DNA of 64,000 nt from Eledone cirrhosa. Taxonomy: Eukaryota. The position numbers and the translations under genes are program-made. The DNA is taken from assembly GCA_964016885.1 (NCBI GenBank), contig OZ024747.1, forward strand, positions 82,088,001 through 82,152,000. Reading direction: 5' to 3'. Below, piece after piece: positions 41,207-56,237 of this stretch. The notes below the pieces were generated by a model. That model saw nothing but the letters and a program-made list of their open reading frames with translations. It was not told the DNA's origin and ran no database searches. Every line of letters begins with the position of its first letter. Position 1 is the stretch's first letter.

Positions 41207-41382
41207 GGCGGTGGATTGGCAGTATCGGTAGAGCGTCAAACACCATGCTTTGCAGCATAGAGTTACGGCCCTTTCAAATCCTGCCAAGTTCAAATCCCGC
41301 CGAGGTTAACTTTGCCTTTCATCCTTACAGGGTCGATAAAATAAAGTACCAGTAATGCCTTGTGTTAAAATAGAAACAATTA
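41207..41382 (+). mobile_element. tRNA-derived SINE, after a (CAT)n tract at 40990-41200
   Basis: Family head, B box and core. Confidence 0.9.
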
Positions 41383-42380
41383 TCTTCACTTTATGTACAT
41401 TCTTCCATGATGTTGAACAGGTTCACCCCAGTACTCATCTTGTACATACAGAAACAAGTAAACTAGCTCTATTTGGTGCTGTGAATGTCTTACAGTGCGA
41501 ACTGGGTGCATCTTATATATAAAAAAAACTGATGCTATGGTTATGACAGGAATACTTTTTATCAAAGATCTAACTTATTTTTAAAAGATTCACTAAATCA
41601 TTTGAACCAATGCACCAAATGTCTGGGACTAGGTAAAGACTAACATGATTTGAACTTTGTAGTAAAACATTGAAAAAGTATTGTGAGGTTTCTAAACAGA
41701 ATTAATGCTATCACAATCATCTTTGTTGGCCTCAAGAGAGATGTACTGAAAATGTTTCTTAGTTATGATTTTATAGAGGTTCTTAAGAAAATATTTGCAG
41801 CTGTTTATGAAACGGGGATCTAGCGATCGGCTTGATGAAAACATAACAACTCCCTGTGCTTGCTTCAGTATGATAATGATAGCAACAATAACAACAATAA
41901 CAGCAACAATCAAAAGTAGGATGAAAATGTATTTTGGTATAAAAATATCTTTGTTATTTCATGGAAACATAATAAATATAGCCAAATAACAGATGCCTAC
42001 ATTTCTGATTTCCCCTTTGATTATCATGGAGAGAACTTGACTAATATATGTGAGCATGGAAGGATGTAAAAATGATGATGGTGATGATGATGTTACCTGT
42101 TTAATGGGTCAGATAACCAAGGATGAAACAGAATGGAAATTATTGCATTTTCCATGGATATGACTAAGGTAAGAGGTGGCAAATAGTTCCAATTTAGTAT
42201 AAAGGCCAGGCTGTAGGTTAACATGAGTTCTCAACACAAAACCACATTACTACTGCCAGGTTTTTATAAAATACGATAATATTACTTGTTTCATTTCCTT
42301 AACTTTTTATTCATTATTCGAAAGATTTACTTTGAATGAAAATACAGTCTTCTGGGAAATGTTTTCTCTCTCTCTCTCTC

Positions 42381-42430
<50 letters not shown>

Positions 42431-42646
42431 TATATACACATATACATATATATATGTATACATATATATATGTATACATATATATATATGTATACACACA
42501 TATATATATACATATATATATATGTATACACACATGAGGTTGGTGTTAGGAAGGGCATCCAGCTGTAGAAATCAAGCCAGAATCAGTTCCCGTCCCACCC
42601 TTGCAAGCAGGGAAAAAGCGGACGTAAAATGAAATGATGATGATGA

Positions 42647-42711
<65 letters not shown>

Positions 42712-42714
42712 ACT

Positions 42715-43015
42715 CTCTCTCTGTAAAGTTGTGTTGGCACCACAACATGCAGTCCAAAATAAATGAGGTTGTGTAGGTGTCACGACAAAAAAACACACAG
42801 TCCACACTGTAATGTGGCGGTGTAGGTAATACGGTAAAAACCTCCCAGTACACACTGTAAACGTGGTTGGTGTGAGAAAGGGCATGCAGCCATAGAAAAC
42901 CTGCCAGACAGTCCTATATGAGCGAGACACGGTCTCCCGACCAATCTTGCCTCAAGTGGGACAATTCCCGTCTAAACCCATGTTAGCGTGGAAGATAGAT
43001 GTTGAACGATGATGA

Positions 43016-43018
<3 letters not shown>
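42715..43018 (+). mobile_element. RTE family A-related 3' UTR fragment
   Basis: Similar to 19975-20265; (GAT)n tail; TA-flanked. Confidence 0.82.
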
Positions 43019-43085
<67 letters not shown>

Positions 43086-43866
43086 ATACTTTGGGAGGGT
43101 CATGTTGCCAATAAGAAACACATGCACCAGTTGCTTTCACTTCAAGTTATTATAAATTTCCGGTTGGTTGGTTGGTTCCACAACCAGATGATTGTTCATA
43201 TATTATCAAAGTTCTTTCGTCACACAGTGTGACCTCTTCAGTGACTGGGGATTCTTTTCTTTGTTTTTGTGCCTCTCCTTTGTTCTCTCCTACGCCATCT
43301 TGTTTTTGTGTGTGTTGTGTGCTTAGTTTGTGCATGTGTTACATCTGGGTGTCTGTGTGTGTTTATATTTATTTATTTATTTGTTTATTTACATGTTACT
43401 GGTTGGTTGTTTGTTCTATGTGTGTGTGTGTTTTCATTTTGTACTTAATTGTAAGTTGTGATGTTGCTGTTCCATTCATGTTACCTATTTAATTTTGGTT
43501 GGAGTTCATTTATGTTTATTGCCTCTGTGATTTGTCTAAATATTGCGTCTTTTCTGTGTGTAGATTCTATTTTTATTTCTATGTTCTATTTTAGCATGTT
43601 GGTGGAGTACAGATGATTCTTTACTATCTTGAAGATCTCGCCAGTGTTCATTTATCCGTTCCCCTATACTACGAGCTGTCTCACCTATGTACACTATATT
43701 CTTATCTCTACATTGTCCTTCAGTACATCTTATGCTATATACTACATTTCTAGTTTTACAGTTAATATGGGGGCTTAGTTTACAGATTATACATTTCTTA
43801 TCTATACAGGGAGGTCTTTGAAAAGGGTATGTATTGCTAACAAGTGTTTTTATGGAGACCAGGTAC

Positions 43867-44242
43867 CTCCATAAAAACACTTATTAGCAATAACTGTAGT
43901 ATTAACTGTAAAACTAGAAATGTAGTATATAGCATAAGATGTACTGAAGGACAATGTAGAGATAAGAATATAGTGTACATAGGTGAGACAGCTCGTAGTA
44001 TAGGGGAACGGATAAATGAACACTGGCGAGAGCTTCAAGATAGTAAAGAATCATCTGTACTCCACCAACATGCTAAAATAAAACATAAGGGTAAATTAGA
44101 GAACATAGAAATAAAAATATAATCTACACACAGAAAAGACGCAATGTTTAGACAAATCACAGAGGCAATAAACATAAATGAACTCCAACCAAAATTAAAT
44201 AGAAAACATGAATGGAACAGCAACATCACAACTTACAATTAA
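43867..44242 (+). pseudogene. PLE GIY-YIG endonuclease remnant (mirror copy 43470-43857 on minus)
   Basis: CKTRNVVYSIRC...VYIGETARSIGERINEH...SVLHQHAKIKH...(stop)...RQITEAINI...LNRKHEWN. Confidence 0.88.
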
Positions 44243-44429
44243 TGACAAAATGAAAACACACACACACATAGAACAAACAACCAACCAGTAATATGTAAAT
44301 AAACAAATATAAACACACACAGATACCCGGATGTAACACATGCGCAAACTAAGCACACAACACACATAAAAACAAGATGGCGTAGGACAGAACAAAGGAG
44401 AGGCACAATAACAAAGAAAAGAATCCCCA

Positions 44430-44472
44430 GTCACTGAAGAGGTCACAGAATGTGTGACGAAAGAACTTTGAC
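44430..44472 (+). ncRNA. Minimal hammerhead ribozyme (PLE2); mirror copy at 43205-43245(-)
   Basis: gtca CTGAAGA ggtcaca gaatg tgtgac GAAA gaac TT tgac. Confidence 0.72.
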
Positions 44473-44680
44473 AATATATGAACAATCTTCTGGTTGTGGA
44501 ACTAACCAACCAACCGGAAATTTATAAATTCCTAAATTTATAAATTTAATTTATAATAAATTGAAGTGAAAGCAACTGGTGCGTGTGTTTCTTATTGGTA
44601 ACATGACCCTCCTAAAGTATAACAATATCGGTTTCAACACACGTTTTCAGATAAAGAATCTTGCTAAACAAATTCAGAAA

Positions 44681-44714
<34 letters not shown>

Positions 44715-45039
44715 GAAAGGTATAGAAAGTATTGTAGCAAGAAGCCAACAGTATTCCATAATATATATATATATATATATATTTGTATATATAATAATAA
44801 GTGTAACTATGTCAACTTATACTGTTGTTGTTTAGTCATAGATCATCTTCGACTGAGATGATCTGTGATTAAAATAGTATCTGCTGTGACAGCCATAAGA
44901 CATATTAATATTTAGACAGAGATCAACATTTATGATCAAAGATGTTTAGACCTTGCATATTTAGAACTATATTTTGCATTATGTTTTCCATATTTAAAGA
45001 TGGTATTGTATACAATCATGAATACAAGCAACCAAAATG

Positions 45040-45400
45040 TGGTTCCTATGAAGGGTCTTTAGAGTAAAATTACTTGATAAAGTGTGTAGCTTGGAAATCA
45101 GAGGGTAACTCAGGTAGAGTTGCTACTTCTCCGAATTGAGAGATCACAGCTCTGACTCGATGGACATATCGTTAGTACGTCTCAGGAAATATATGCCAGA
45201 CAGATTTTACAAGCAAAACAAACTGACAGGGGACCCAGGATAGACCATTAGAAAGATGGTTGGATAACTACATCTATGAGCTTGGCTGGTCTCGATTGGG
45301 GATCCAGTCAAATGAATTGGAGACAGGACCTGCTGGAAGACATGTTTGAGGTCTGCCCTCATGACCCTCCCAAGAACATGTGGATGAAGCAGAAGAAGAA
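45040..45400 (+). mobile_element. Decayed RTE (Expander/Rex3-like) 3' end
   Basis: Degenerate LLLRIERSQL..GHIV...RQILQA...RP..RWLD...LGWSRLGI; (GAA)n tail. Confidence 0.65.
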
Positions 45401-45750
45401 AAGAGAGAAGATTGCATTGTATTTTTTAAGATGGTACTACAACTATGCTAATGCAATATCCCTTGCATACGTTCTGTGCAATATAGCAGAGGCCATGACA
45501 GAATTTCCCCCATATGTATATTTTTACATAAAAAAGAAAATCCTATTTGAGAAAAATGCTTCTACATTTCATTGACAACAAAGGTTTATTTTAGAAGATG
45601 GGATTATTGTTGCAAAAGATGTTTGTTATTCATATTTTGCAGTGATGAAAATGATGAATAGAGTTATTGTTACATTTGTGAGAAACCTATGTAGATAATA
45701 TTACATGTATTATGTGTTTCTGTTTAAACCCAGATGCTTTATATTTATAG

Positions 45751-45809
45751 ATGATCGTCTGTACTACATCTCAGATTCTCAAAACTACATCTCTGTTTCT
45801 CACTTAAAT
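45751..45809 (+). CDS. Candidate internal exon (DRLYYISDSQNYISVSHLN)
   Basis: Acceptor ttatatttatag, donor gtgaga, open frame; vague resemblance to YWTD beta-propeller repeats, unverified. Confidence 0.2.
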
Positions 45810-46809
45810 GTGAGATTTTTCAACGGGATGCAAGTAACTTATGGGTTGCAAAGGCTGGACAGGTCTTTATAGATTGAGTCAGTATTCAGGTTAGCCAGGG
45901 AACTGCATCTCACTTATATACATTTCCAAACTCTACCAAGTAAATTTGACCATAGCACCAGCAAAATGGAGGTTGTCATCTCTTTGAAACAGTTGAAAAG
46001 TCATAGCAAAAGGTCAGGAATGATCTTTGATTGTGTCAATGGCATCCCAACCTCTCTAGTGTTGATGGCACAATAAAATACACCCATTATACTTTGTAAA
46101 ATATTTGTTGGAAGGAAGGGCATCAAGCCTTAGAAAATATACCAAACAAAAGGCTGAGAAGACTCTATATTAGTGTCAAAGACATGACAACCTCCCTAGT
46201 GCTGGTGTTATGGTAAAATTCCCCCAGGTTACCCTGTAGAGTGCAAAAGAATGAATGTTCAATGATGATAAGGATGATATATGCATGCATGTATATATGT
46301 CTGTCAGTTTATATATATATTTATATATAATCATCATCATCATCACTTCATGTACCCTTCCATGCTAGTATGGAAATAACAAAAATGACAAAACAAACAG
46401 CACAGTACATGGAAGAAATATATTAGTTTAAACGCTTGAAATAGCATGAAGAGAGTCTTAATGTTTTGATCATTAGTCCTCCATCAGAAGACAGAGTTAG
46501 AAATAGAATAAAATAGAAAGTAAAGAGTTTATGAGAAGAAGGAACAGGGAAAATGAGAAAAAAAAACACACGTGCATATTCAGTCAGCCATATAAATATA
46601 ACACTGAAAAAATATTCTATCTATAGCTGAACATTTGTTTTATTATCATTATAAATCTTATGCATTGAACTTAATTGCCTAAATATAATCTACTACTTAA
46701 ATAAAAAGTTGATGATAAAATAAAGAAAATACACAAACACTTGTTGATTTCAGGTAACTCTCTCCCTTGCATGAGAAAAAGAATAACACTCAAAGAGTCA
46801 TGTGATTTT

Positions 46810-46998
46810 GGTTTCTTATGTAGGCACAAGGCCAGCAATTTGCGGGGAGGGGGAAAGTTGATTAAATCGACCCCAGTGCGTGACTGGTACTTTATTTTAT
46901 CGACCCCCCGTAAGGATGAAAGGCAAAGTTAACCTCGGCGGGATTATGCTACAAAGCACGGTGTCCGACCCTCTACCAATACTGCCAATCCACCACCC
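46810..46998 (-). mobile_element. tRNA-derived SINE
   Basis: Family core and head, with a deletion over the B box. Confidence 0.85.
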
Positions 46999-47299
46999 TT
47001 AGAGTCATGTGATATTAATAGCAAATAACCAATCAGAGACCATCATATATTCTGATCAAGCTGATACTAATTCCAAGTTGGAATATATTTAAACAAGCGA
47101 TGGTTGTAAGTCACAATGAATTTTACATAAAGATAAAATGTCTAATGCCATAGATGCATACTACTATATCAATGGCATTTTACCCACTCACATTTGGAAA
47201 TTATAGGCTCAAAAATGCATAGCGTAAGGACAAAATAAGATCCTACTATGGAATTCAATTCCACCAAAATTTAATTATATTTACATATATGGATGTATG

Positions 47300-47332
<33 letters not shown>

Positions 47333-48074
47333 GCATACATATACATATATGTATGAATATATATATATATGAGTGTGTGTGTGTGTGTGAACAAATCAAT
47401 ACCCATATATACGTTTATATGTATGTATATATGTATACATATATATATCCCATGTATGTATATATCCCTTATATACATTTATATATATATATATACATAT
47501 TTCAGTTACTTATGTAAGAAATATATTACAAAATGGTTTCTCTTAATGGAAAGCAGTTTTATATAAAGAACACATGTGAAATTACTTTCAAGAAAACACA
47601 ACTTGTGTTTCTTTTTAATTTTTATTTTAATATCATTTTCGTATTTTATTTATTTTTTCAATCATATGTTCATATAAAGTTTTCAATTCTTTTTTTTTTT
47701 CACTTTCATTTAAAATTAAAATAGAATTGAAATGATCCATTTAATAACTACCAAAATGCGAAATAACAACGCCCAGCAAAACAACAATTATAACTGCAAA
47801 AATAAAAATAAAATAACACTATTAATATTGATAACAACGAGGATATAGATGCTGATGATGGTGGCAAAAATAATAAATTCACAGAGTGGAGGTGGAGGGG
47901 GGATAAAGAAAAAAAAGAAATGTATAAATAATAATAATAGTAATAATAAAAAGATGAAAAGTATGAATTATGAAATGACGACAACAGCGGTAGTGGTAAT
48001 GGGATTAATAAAAATGATGATGATTATCATCATCATAGTACTAAGGTAAAGAAAGAGAAAAAGAAGAAGAACAC

Positions 48075-48107
<33 letters not shown>

Positions 48108-48299
48108 TAATTGTATGTGGGAATAAATGAATAGATTAATAAATGGACAACAAAATGAATTTCTAACAAATAACTGCAATTTAATTAATTTTAACTTCTA
48201 AAGAAATTGGCAAAGATTTTTGCAGGAAACAAGAAAAGAAAAAGATGAGTCTTTCTGCCAACAGAGACACTGAGCCATGTGCATACATTGATGTATATG

Positions 48300-48302
48300 C
48301 AA

Positions 48303-48387
<85 letters not shown>

Positions 48388-48494
48388 TGTATATATATAT
48401 ATATATATATATATGAATGTATATATATATATATGTATGTATATATATATATATGTATATAAATATATATATATACATACATATACATACACTC

Positions 48495-48577
<83 letters not shown>

Positions 48578-48913
48578 CATATATGAGTTTGTACAGGTGT
48601 GTTTGTGTATGTACATACACAAACTTGCACAAGCAGAAATACACAAACCACATGAAGATATAAACATGTTGTAAAAAATCCATACAAACTTCATAAAGCT
48701 TCACAGACAAACAGAGGGAGAGGCTGCTACATGTTCACTCTCAATACAGAACATATAAACGTATGTGTACCCATAAACATTTACATCCACATGGATACAT
48801 ATTCATATTAAAAACTAGCAAATAGAACATTTGTACATACAGCTCTCTATATAGAAAATAATAGTAAAAAGTGATTACACTAACCTACAAACATGTAAAT
48901 ATACACACAGATA

Positions 48914-48974
<61 letters not shown>

Positions 48975-49073
48975 TCATCATCATTTCATTTTACGTCCGC
49001 TTTTTCCCTGCTTGCAAGGGTGGGACCCATATACATATATATACATATATATACATATATATATATACACATA

Positions 49074-49120
<47 letters not shown>

Positions 49121-49373
49121 ATATATATATATATATAATAAATATATATATATATAATATACACACATACATATATATACATACATATATACATGTATAT
49201 ATATATACATATATACATGTATATATATATATACACAGTTATGTAAATGTATACATGCATGATTACACAAATGTGCCTCATACATACAAACAAATTAATT
49301 CATACACACCCATACACACATAAATGTATGTGTACTCATAAACACTTTTATATACATACATATATTTATATGC

Positions 49374-49405
<32 letters not shown>

Positions 49406-49927
49406 ACATATATATGCATATATATATATGTACATATACATATATATGTATATATATATATATATATATACATATATATGCATATATATATATATGTATA
49501 TATACATATGCACATATATGTATATATATATATATATGCTATATTCATATGCACATATATGTATATATATATGCATATACATATGCACATATATGTTTAT
49601 ATGCACATATATGTTTTTGTGTACTCATAAACACTTTTATATACATACATATATTTATATGCATATATATATATATATATACATATACACATATATATGC
49701 ATATATATATTTGCATATATACATATGCACATATATGTATATATATATATATATGTGTGCTATATTCATATGCACATATATGTATATATATATATATGCA
49801 TATACATATGCATATATGTTTATATATATATGCATATACATATGCACATATATGTATATATATATGCATATACATATGCACATATATGTATATATATGCA
49901 TACACATATGCACATATATATATATAT

Positions 49928-49964
<37 letters not shown>

Positions 49965-49973
49965 ATTTATATT

Positions 49974-50026
<53 letters not shown>

Positions 50027-50027
50027 T

Positions 50028-50126
<99 letters not shown>

Positions 50127-50458
50127 CAGTCACACAAAAATGCTCTAATACATCCAAACAAATCTTCACATACATGCATGCATGGCAGAGAATCTTACAC
50201 ACAGAAGAATGCGCACAAACAGTATTCATTGCTTCCCCATATATTCAAATATCTTAACTTCCACACACATTTACAAAAGAATTGCCAAACCCAATTACAT
50301 CAACTATAAAGAAGCTTTTGTCTCTAGGATATTACATTGTGCTAGATGATTTTATAACCAAACTTTGGATATATGCTGCTCTATGAAAAATGTATGAGCG
50401 TGTACATATATGTCAGTATATGAGTGTCTATTTATACATACATACATGTATGAATGTG

Positions 50459-50517
<59 letters not shown>

Positions 50518-50541
50518 TATATATATACACCTATGTGTATG

Positions 50542-50586
<45 letters not shown>

Positions 50587-50623
50587 TATATATATACACC
50601 TATGTGTATGTATATATATATAC

Positions 50624-50654
<31 letters not shown>

Positions 50655-50715
50655 TACATACACACATATGTGTATATATATACATATATATACATATATA
50701 TGTACACACACACAC

Positions 50716-50756
<41 letters not shown>

Positions 50757-50758
50757 TA

Positions 50759-50794
<36 letters not shown>

Positions 50795-50799
50795 CACAC

Positions 50800-50862
<63 letters not shown>

Positions 50863-50928
50863 TACATACACACATATGTGTATATATATACATATATATA
50901 CATATATATGTACACACACACACATGTG

Positions 50929-50961
<33 letters not shown>

Positions 50962-50968
50962 GTGTATA

Positions 50969-51004
<36 letters not shown>

Positions 51005-51014
51005 CACACACATA

Positions 51015-51074
<60 letters not shown>

Positions 51075-51131
51075 TACACATATGTGTATATATATATACA
51101 TATATATACATATATATGTACACACACATAC

Positions 51132-51172
<41 letters not shown>

Positions 51173-51230
51173 TATGTGTATATATATATACATATATATA
51201 TACACACATATGTGTATGAATATATATATA
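48300..51230. repeat. Compound (TA)n/(CA)n/(TGCA) microsatellite field
   Basis: Direct inspection; includes a local duplication 49327-49590 / 49619-49910. Confidence 0.92.
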
Positions 51231-51597
51231 AATGTTTATATATCAATCTAATTCAGTTTATCTCCCTCTGTATATGAAAATTTGTGTTTCTTCAGGCAGG
51301 CTTATATATATGTAGCAGTGTTGATAATGTGAAGCAGTGCAGCAATTCTGGTCATGATGCTGGAGATGGAACTGCAATGGAATACAATAAACATGCCATA
51401 TACCTGTGCATATGCATGTATGTGTGTGTGTGTGTGTGCATGTCTGTGTGTGCATGGGAATTACAGAATGTATGTGAATCTTTGTTTGCATGAATATACA
51501 TGCAATCATACTAATATGTGCTTATATTACCTGTAAATTGAAGAATGAGACTAGAGTAGAATATCAAATAATACATATTATACCCCTACACACACAC

Positions 51598-51643
<46 letters not shown>

Positions 51644-51729
51644 GTAGAACACTGGAAGGTAATGTCTGTAGTGGTAGAGCACTCAGTCCATGGGACGAGT
51701 TTGGTTGGTGAGACACAAATAAGAGATTA

Positions 51730-51782
51730 AAGTTTAAGCAATGAATCACTGCTTTCACCCTTAACCGGATCTTCTGATACTC
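51730..51782 (-). ncRNA. Hammerhead-like motif with CAGAAGA core (family H2)
   Basis: Minus strand: gagtat CAGAAGA tcc ggttaa gggt GAAA gca gtgattcat tgc TT aaactt. Confidence 0.58.
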
Positions 51783-52239
51783 ATAAATATATTTATCCTT
51801 ATCGAGCCCTCTGTGGATTTTAGTCTTCACATTTATTATTATTACTATATATATATATAATGTACAGGCATAGAGGGAAAATGGATGTTAAATGATGATC
51901 ATGATATATATATAAACATACACATATATATATATCTATGTGTGTGTATATATGAAGGAATAGTTTCAGTTGACCAACTTCAGCATGTGGGAGCATCTGT
52001 ATCAATAACCTCATCATCACTATTTTTACACTTCTTTCTTTGTAATAGCATTGGTTTCAGAAGGACCTTTGGCTGCATGCATGCACACATACATATACAC
52101 ATGCATGCATGCACACATACATATACACATGCATGCATGCACACGTACATAAATACATATGTATGTGTGTATGCATCCATGTATTTATGTATGTATTTAT
52201 GTACTACATATGAATGAAATAAGTCACCAACAGAGAATC

Positions 52240-52740
52240 GAGTTGATTATCTTGCAATTATGTTGTCCGATGGATTGGACATGAAAAAGAGAATGGAAGA
52301 CTGCTGGATACCCGAGAAGTTCCTTCATGGTGGGCTGAGGGTGTGCAAACGTCCACCTCATAAACATAACATGAGGTGCTGATTATCAAACTCTGTGGAG
52401 AGAAGCTCTATATGAAGGATAAATACACTTTGAAATGGCCCAAAGAAATTATGAAAAGTTAATAAGGGATGTGAGGAAGAGTTCAAAAGTGGAACTCCCA
52501 GGAAGCATGGGAGACCAAGTAGAGCTGACATGCAATGAGTGTGTGAGACCTTACCCCAGCAAAGCTGGATTAAAGAGTCACAAAAGGTGCCATGTAAAAA
52601 GAGCTAATGCCTATTATCTTGTTACATATGGTATACCAATGTGTGATCAATGTCTGCCTTTGTTGACAAAGGCCATGACTGTAAAATCTGTGCCAGAGAA
52701 TGTAGACCTCTTACTGGCTTAAAAAGAGGATGTATGAAAG
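52240..52740 (+). mobile_element. Decayed RTE (BovB-like) C-terminus with C2H2-type fingers; a further RTE 3' remnant at 52780-53090
   Basis: IGH..RMED..IP.K.LHG.L; CNECVRPYPSKAGLKSHKRCH; CKICAREC. Confidence 0.6.
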
Positions 52741-53515
52741 CAAAAAAAAATGAGGTGAGCATGCACTACTCAATATGTAAGTTTAGTGTGAATGCCATAA
52801 CAGATATACTAGTTGTAAAAGGAATGACATGTAGAGTGCAAAAGAGGAGACTGAACTGATATAGACATCATGTGTATGGAGGTTAATAGCTGTGTTATTC
52901 AATTGGAGGTAGCGTATAGAGGAGGCAAATCAAAGAAGAGATGAAAAGAAGCTGAGAAGGTTGATTTGAAGATGTTGAATTGCATGAAGTATGTAAAAAG
53001 AAACTATACAACATCCGGTAAGATGCTGTACAGGAGAAAATCTATCAATTTCATGCAATCATGAATAAAAATGTAAAAATGATGATGATAATGCACATAC
53101 ACACACACACACACATACACACATATATTTATAGCCATAGACACACACATATATAACCTATCTCTCTCTCTTTCACACTATATATATATGGGGGGTATAC
53201 CCACATACATACTTACATGCACATGTTATACATATATGTGCATACACATGCATGCACGCACGCATGTGTGCATGTGTAAACATGTTCGTTAGAAGTCTAC
53301 AACTAGTTTTTGAGATGTTTTTCCTCTTTGTCCTCTTTATTCTGTACCTTACCAATTAAGGTGTTTTTGCACCTGGTTTAATCGTTTAAATTATTCATAT
53401 TTATTTACCAGCTGACCTTGACATTGAAAATATTTTGTAGGACATATAACCTTGAATGTGTTTGTTGTTAATGTTGTAGGAAGTATAACATTAACAACAT
53501 ATTAAATAGCAATAA

Positions 53516-53826
53516 TAATTGTTTCTACTTTCGGCACATCATCATCATCATCATCATCATTTTACGTCCGCTTTTCCCTGCTTGCAAGGGTGGGACGGGT
53601 CTTATTCAGCACAGCATCTCTCCACTCGTCACGGTCCCTCGTCATCTCCACCGTGAGCCTAGCAATTTCCCCAGTGCATTACTGGTACTTTTATTTTTCT
53701 CGACACGGTAAGGATGAAAGGCAAAGTTAACCTCGGATTGGATTTGAACTGAGACCGTAAAGGGTCGTAACTCTATGCTACAAAGCATGGCGTCATGTCC
53801 TCTACTGATACTGCGAAACCACCACC
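53516..53826 (-). mobile_element. tRNA-derived SINE interrupted by an RTE family B 3' fragment (53536-53660)
   Basis: SINE consensus ggcaca|aggccagcaatt is split by (CAT)n plus the family B end. Confidence 0.85.
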
Positions 53827-53974
53827 ATAGTAATAATAGTAATAATGGTTTCTTATTTAGGCACAAGGATAGCAATTTTTGGGGGGAGGGAAAAGTCGAT
53901 GAAATTGACCCCAGTATGTGACTGGTATTTTATTTTATCTACCCCGTAAGGATGAAAGGCAAAGTTAAAATAAT

Positions 53975-54195
53975 AATAATAAGAAGAAGATGAAGATGAA
54001 GAAGAAGAAGAGGAAGAAGAAGAAGAAAAAGAAGAAGAAGAAGAGAAAAAGAATAGAAAAAGATGAAAAAATTAGAAGAAAATCAAGTAGAAGAAGAAGA
54101 AAAAATTAGAAGAAAAAGTGAAAGAAGAAGAAGAAGAAGAAGTAAAAGAATAATAATAAGAAGAAAAATAAGAAAAAAAAGTAATAGAAGAATCA
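53975..54195. repeat. (GAA)n tract; (TA)n/(TACA)n follows at 54545-55025
   Basis: Direct inspection. Confidence 0.9.
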
Positions 54196-54556
54196 TCATC
54201 ATCGTCATGATGAAATATATATTGCTTAAGTTTAATTAATCAAGAATCATTGTTTCATAATCATTCATAAAAAAACAACAATGAAAACTAATTATACTCC
54301 AGTGTAATCCAAAATATAATCCAAACAAAAAAAAGTCTACTTAATTAGGATAGAAGTTAATATAACTCATCTATTGGTTACAGTGGCATCACTAATTACC
54401 ACTATATGGTTTCAGTAACATTTCTGATAAATGGAATTTTCTTCTTCACCACCGCCATCGCCAACTCCACTGCCACCAGCCCCTCCTCCTCCTTGTGCTT
54501 GTGTGTGTATGGCGAGTATGTGTGAAAGTGTATGTGTGTGTTTGTGTATGTATGTG

Positions 54557-54588
<32 letters not shown>

Positions 54589-54857
54589 CATATATACCAA
54601 CATATACATAGACATATGTATATATATATATATATGTGTGTGCGTATGTGTGTGTGTATATATATGTATATATATGTATATATATATATATGTATATACA
54701 TACATATATATATACATACATATATACATACATATATATATATACATACATACATACATACATATATATATATACATACATACATATATATATATATATA
54801 CATACATATATATATATATACATACATATATATATATATACATACATATATATATAT

Positions 54858-54944
<87 letters not shown>

Positions 54945-54958
54945 CATACATATATATA

Positions 54959-54993
<35 letters not shown>

Positions 54994-55145
54994 TACACAC
55001 ACACACATATATATATATACATAAACCACATGCGTACACACACAAATTCAATTATGCACGTGTGCACTCACACACAATAATTTGTTGTTGATAGTGATTG
55101 TTTACTTTGAAGTTTTGATGAAGTTACTGTAGTAAACAGTCGTTA

Positions 55146-55334
55146 TTGGTAGATTGGCAGTATCGGTAGAGGGTCGGACGCCATGCTTTGACTCATTGAG
55201 TTACGGCCCTTGTCGTTCTGAGTTCAAATCCCGCCGAGGTTAACTTTGCCTTTCATCCTTACGGGGTCGATAAAATAAAGTACCAGTAATGCACTGGGAT
55301 AATTTCTGGTCTTGTGCCAAAAGTAGAAGCAATT
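55146..55334 (+). mobile_element. tRNA-derived SINE
   Basis: Family head, B box and core. Confidence 0.92.
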
Positions 55335-55544
55335 AAAGTAGCAAAGATGAGCAAGATGACGCTGTTGAGTCTGCAGTTCAGATTAGTTACTATCAAAATA
55401 TATCTACTAAAGTCTACAACTTTATGTACATATAAAATAAAGAAGGGCGGTGCCCCAGCATGACCTCAGCCTGATGGCTGGAAAATGTAAAAGAGTTAAA
55501 GAACAAAGTCTAAGTCTAAAAAAAAGCTGTCCCTAGCCATTTAA

Positions 55545-55765
55545 CCTTTTAGCATATAAACCGGCCATATCCGGCTAGAATTCTCTCGCCTCTTTCTGTT
55601 AAAACTGGCTGTAACTAGCCACTCATACTGATGTTAAGCTATTGTTTTTAAAGTAAATAATAACATGATCAAAATCTCATAGATTCGATGTGAACAATTA
55701 TGTAAGATAAAGCCTTTACTGCGAAAATACAATAGTATGTATAGAGTAATGTGAATGCTGAAGGG
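55545..55765. mobile_element. piggyBac-like MITE
   Basis: ttaa-ccttttagcat ... atgctgaaggg-tta; same family as 18508-18718. Confidence 0.72.
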
Positions 55766-55769
55766 TTAC

Positions 55770-56012
55770 AGCTCGTTAGGTCAGTGCTTATCCCGGTTTC
55801 ATGGCGTGAAGCGACTGAGAGTACAAGACTGCCCCCTGGACAGGACGCCAGTCGATGATGGGTTAAATTTCCAGCTATTACTGGTACTTATTTTCAGATG
55901 AGTATACTGGAGCAACATAAAATAAAGTGTTTTGCTCAAGAACACAACACGCAGCCGAGCCCAAGAATCGAACCCATGACATTATGGTCGTAAGTTCAAC
56001 ACACTTACCATA
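55770..56012 (-). mobile_element. Second tRNA-derived SINE family
   Basis: Minus strand: tggtaagtgtg...gggttcgattc (B box), gtgttcttgagcaaaacacttt, gactggcgtcctgtccaggg (V-domain-like, from recall). Confidence 0.75.
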
Positions 56013-56237
56013 GTTTTGTTGACAGATTCTTCATAATAACAACCAGCATTCCAGCAAAATTCTACCGGTTTTGGCAATGGATAGAAACTCTTAATAGAAA
56101 TGTGAGAGCACCTTCATGACAAACGGTGTCTTGGGTATTTAACTTTGACAAAGTCCACCCCTCTGAAGAATTCAGATTTCTTTCATATACATACACCCAT
56201 ACATATATATACATACATACATACATACATATCTATA

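Larger units (their letters stand above)
43080..44682. mobile_element. Penelope-like element 2 as a head-to-head palindrome
   Basis: Arms 43080-43857(-) and 43867-44626(+), 9-nt spacer; GIY-YIG remnant and a hammerhead in each arm; ~55-nt unique tail on the right; (TA)n on both sides. Confidence 0.9.
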
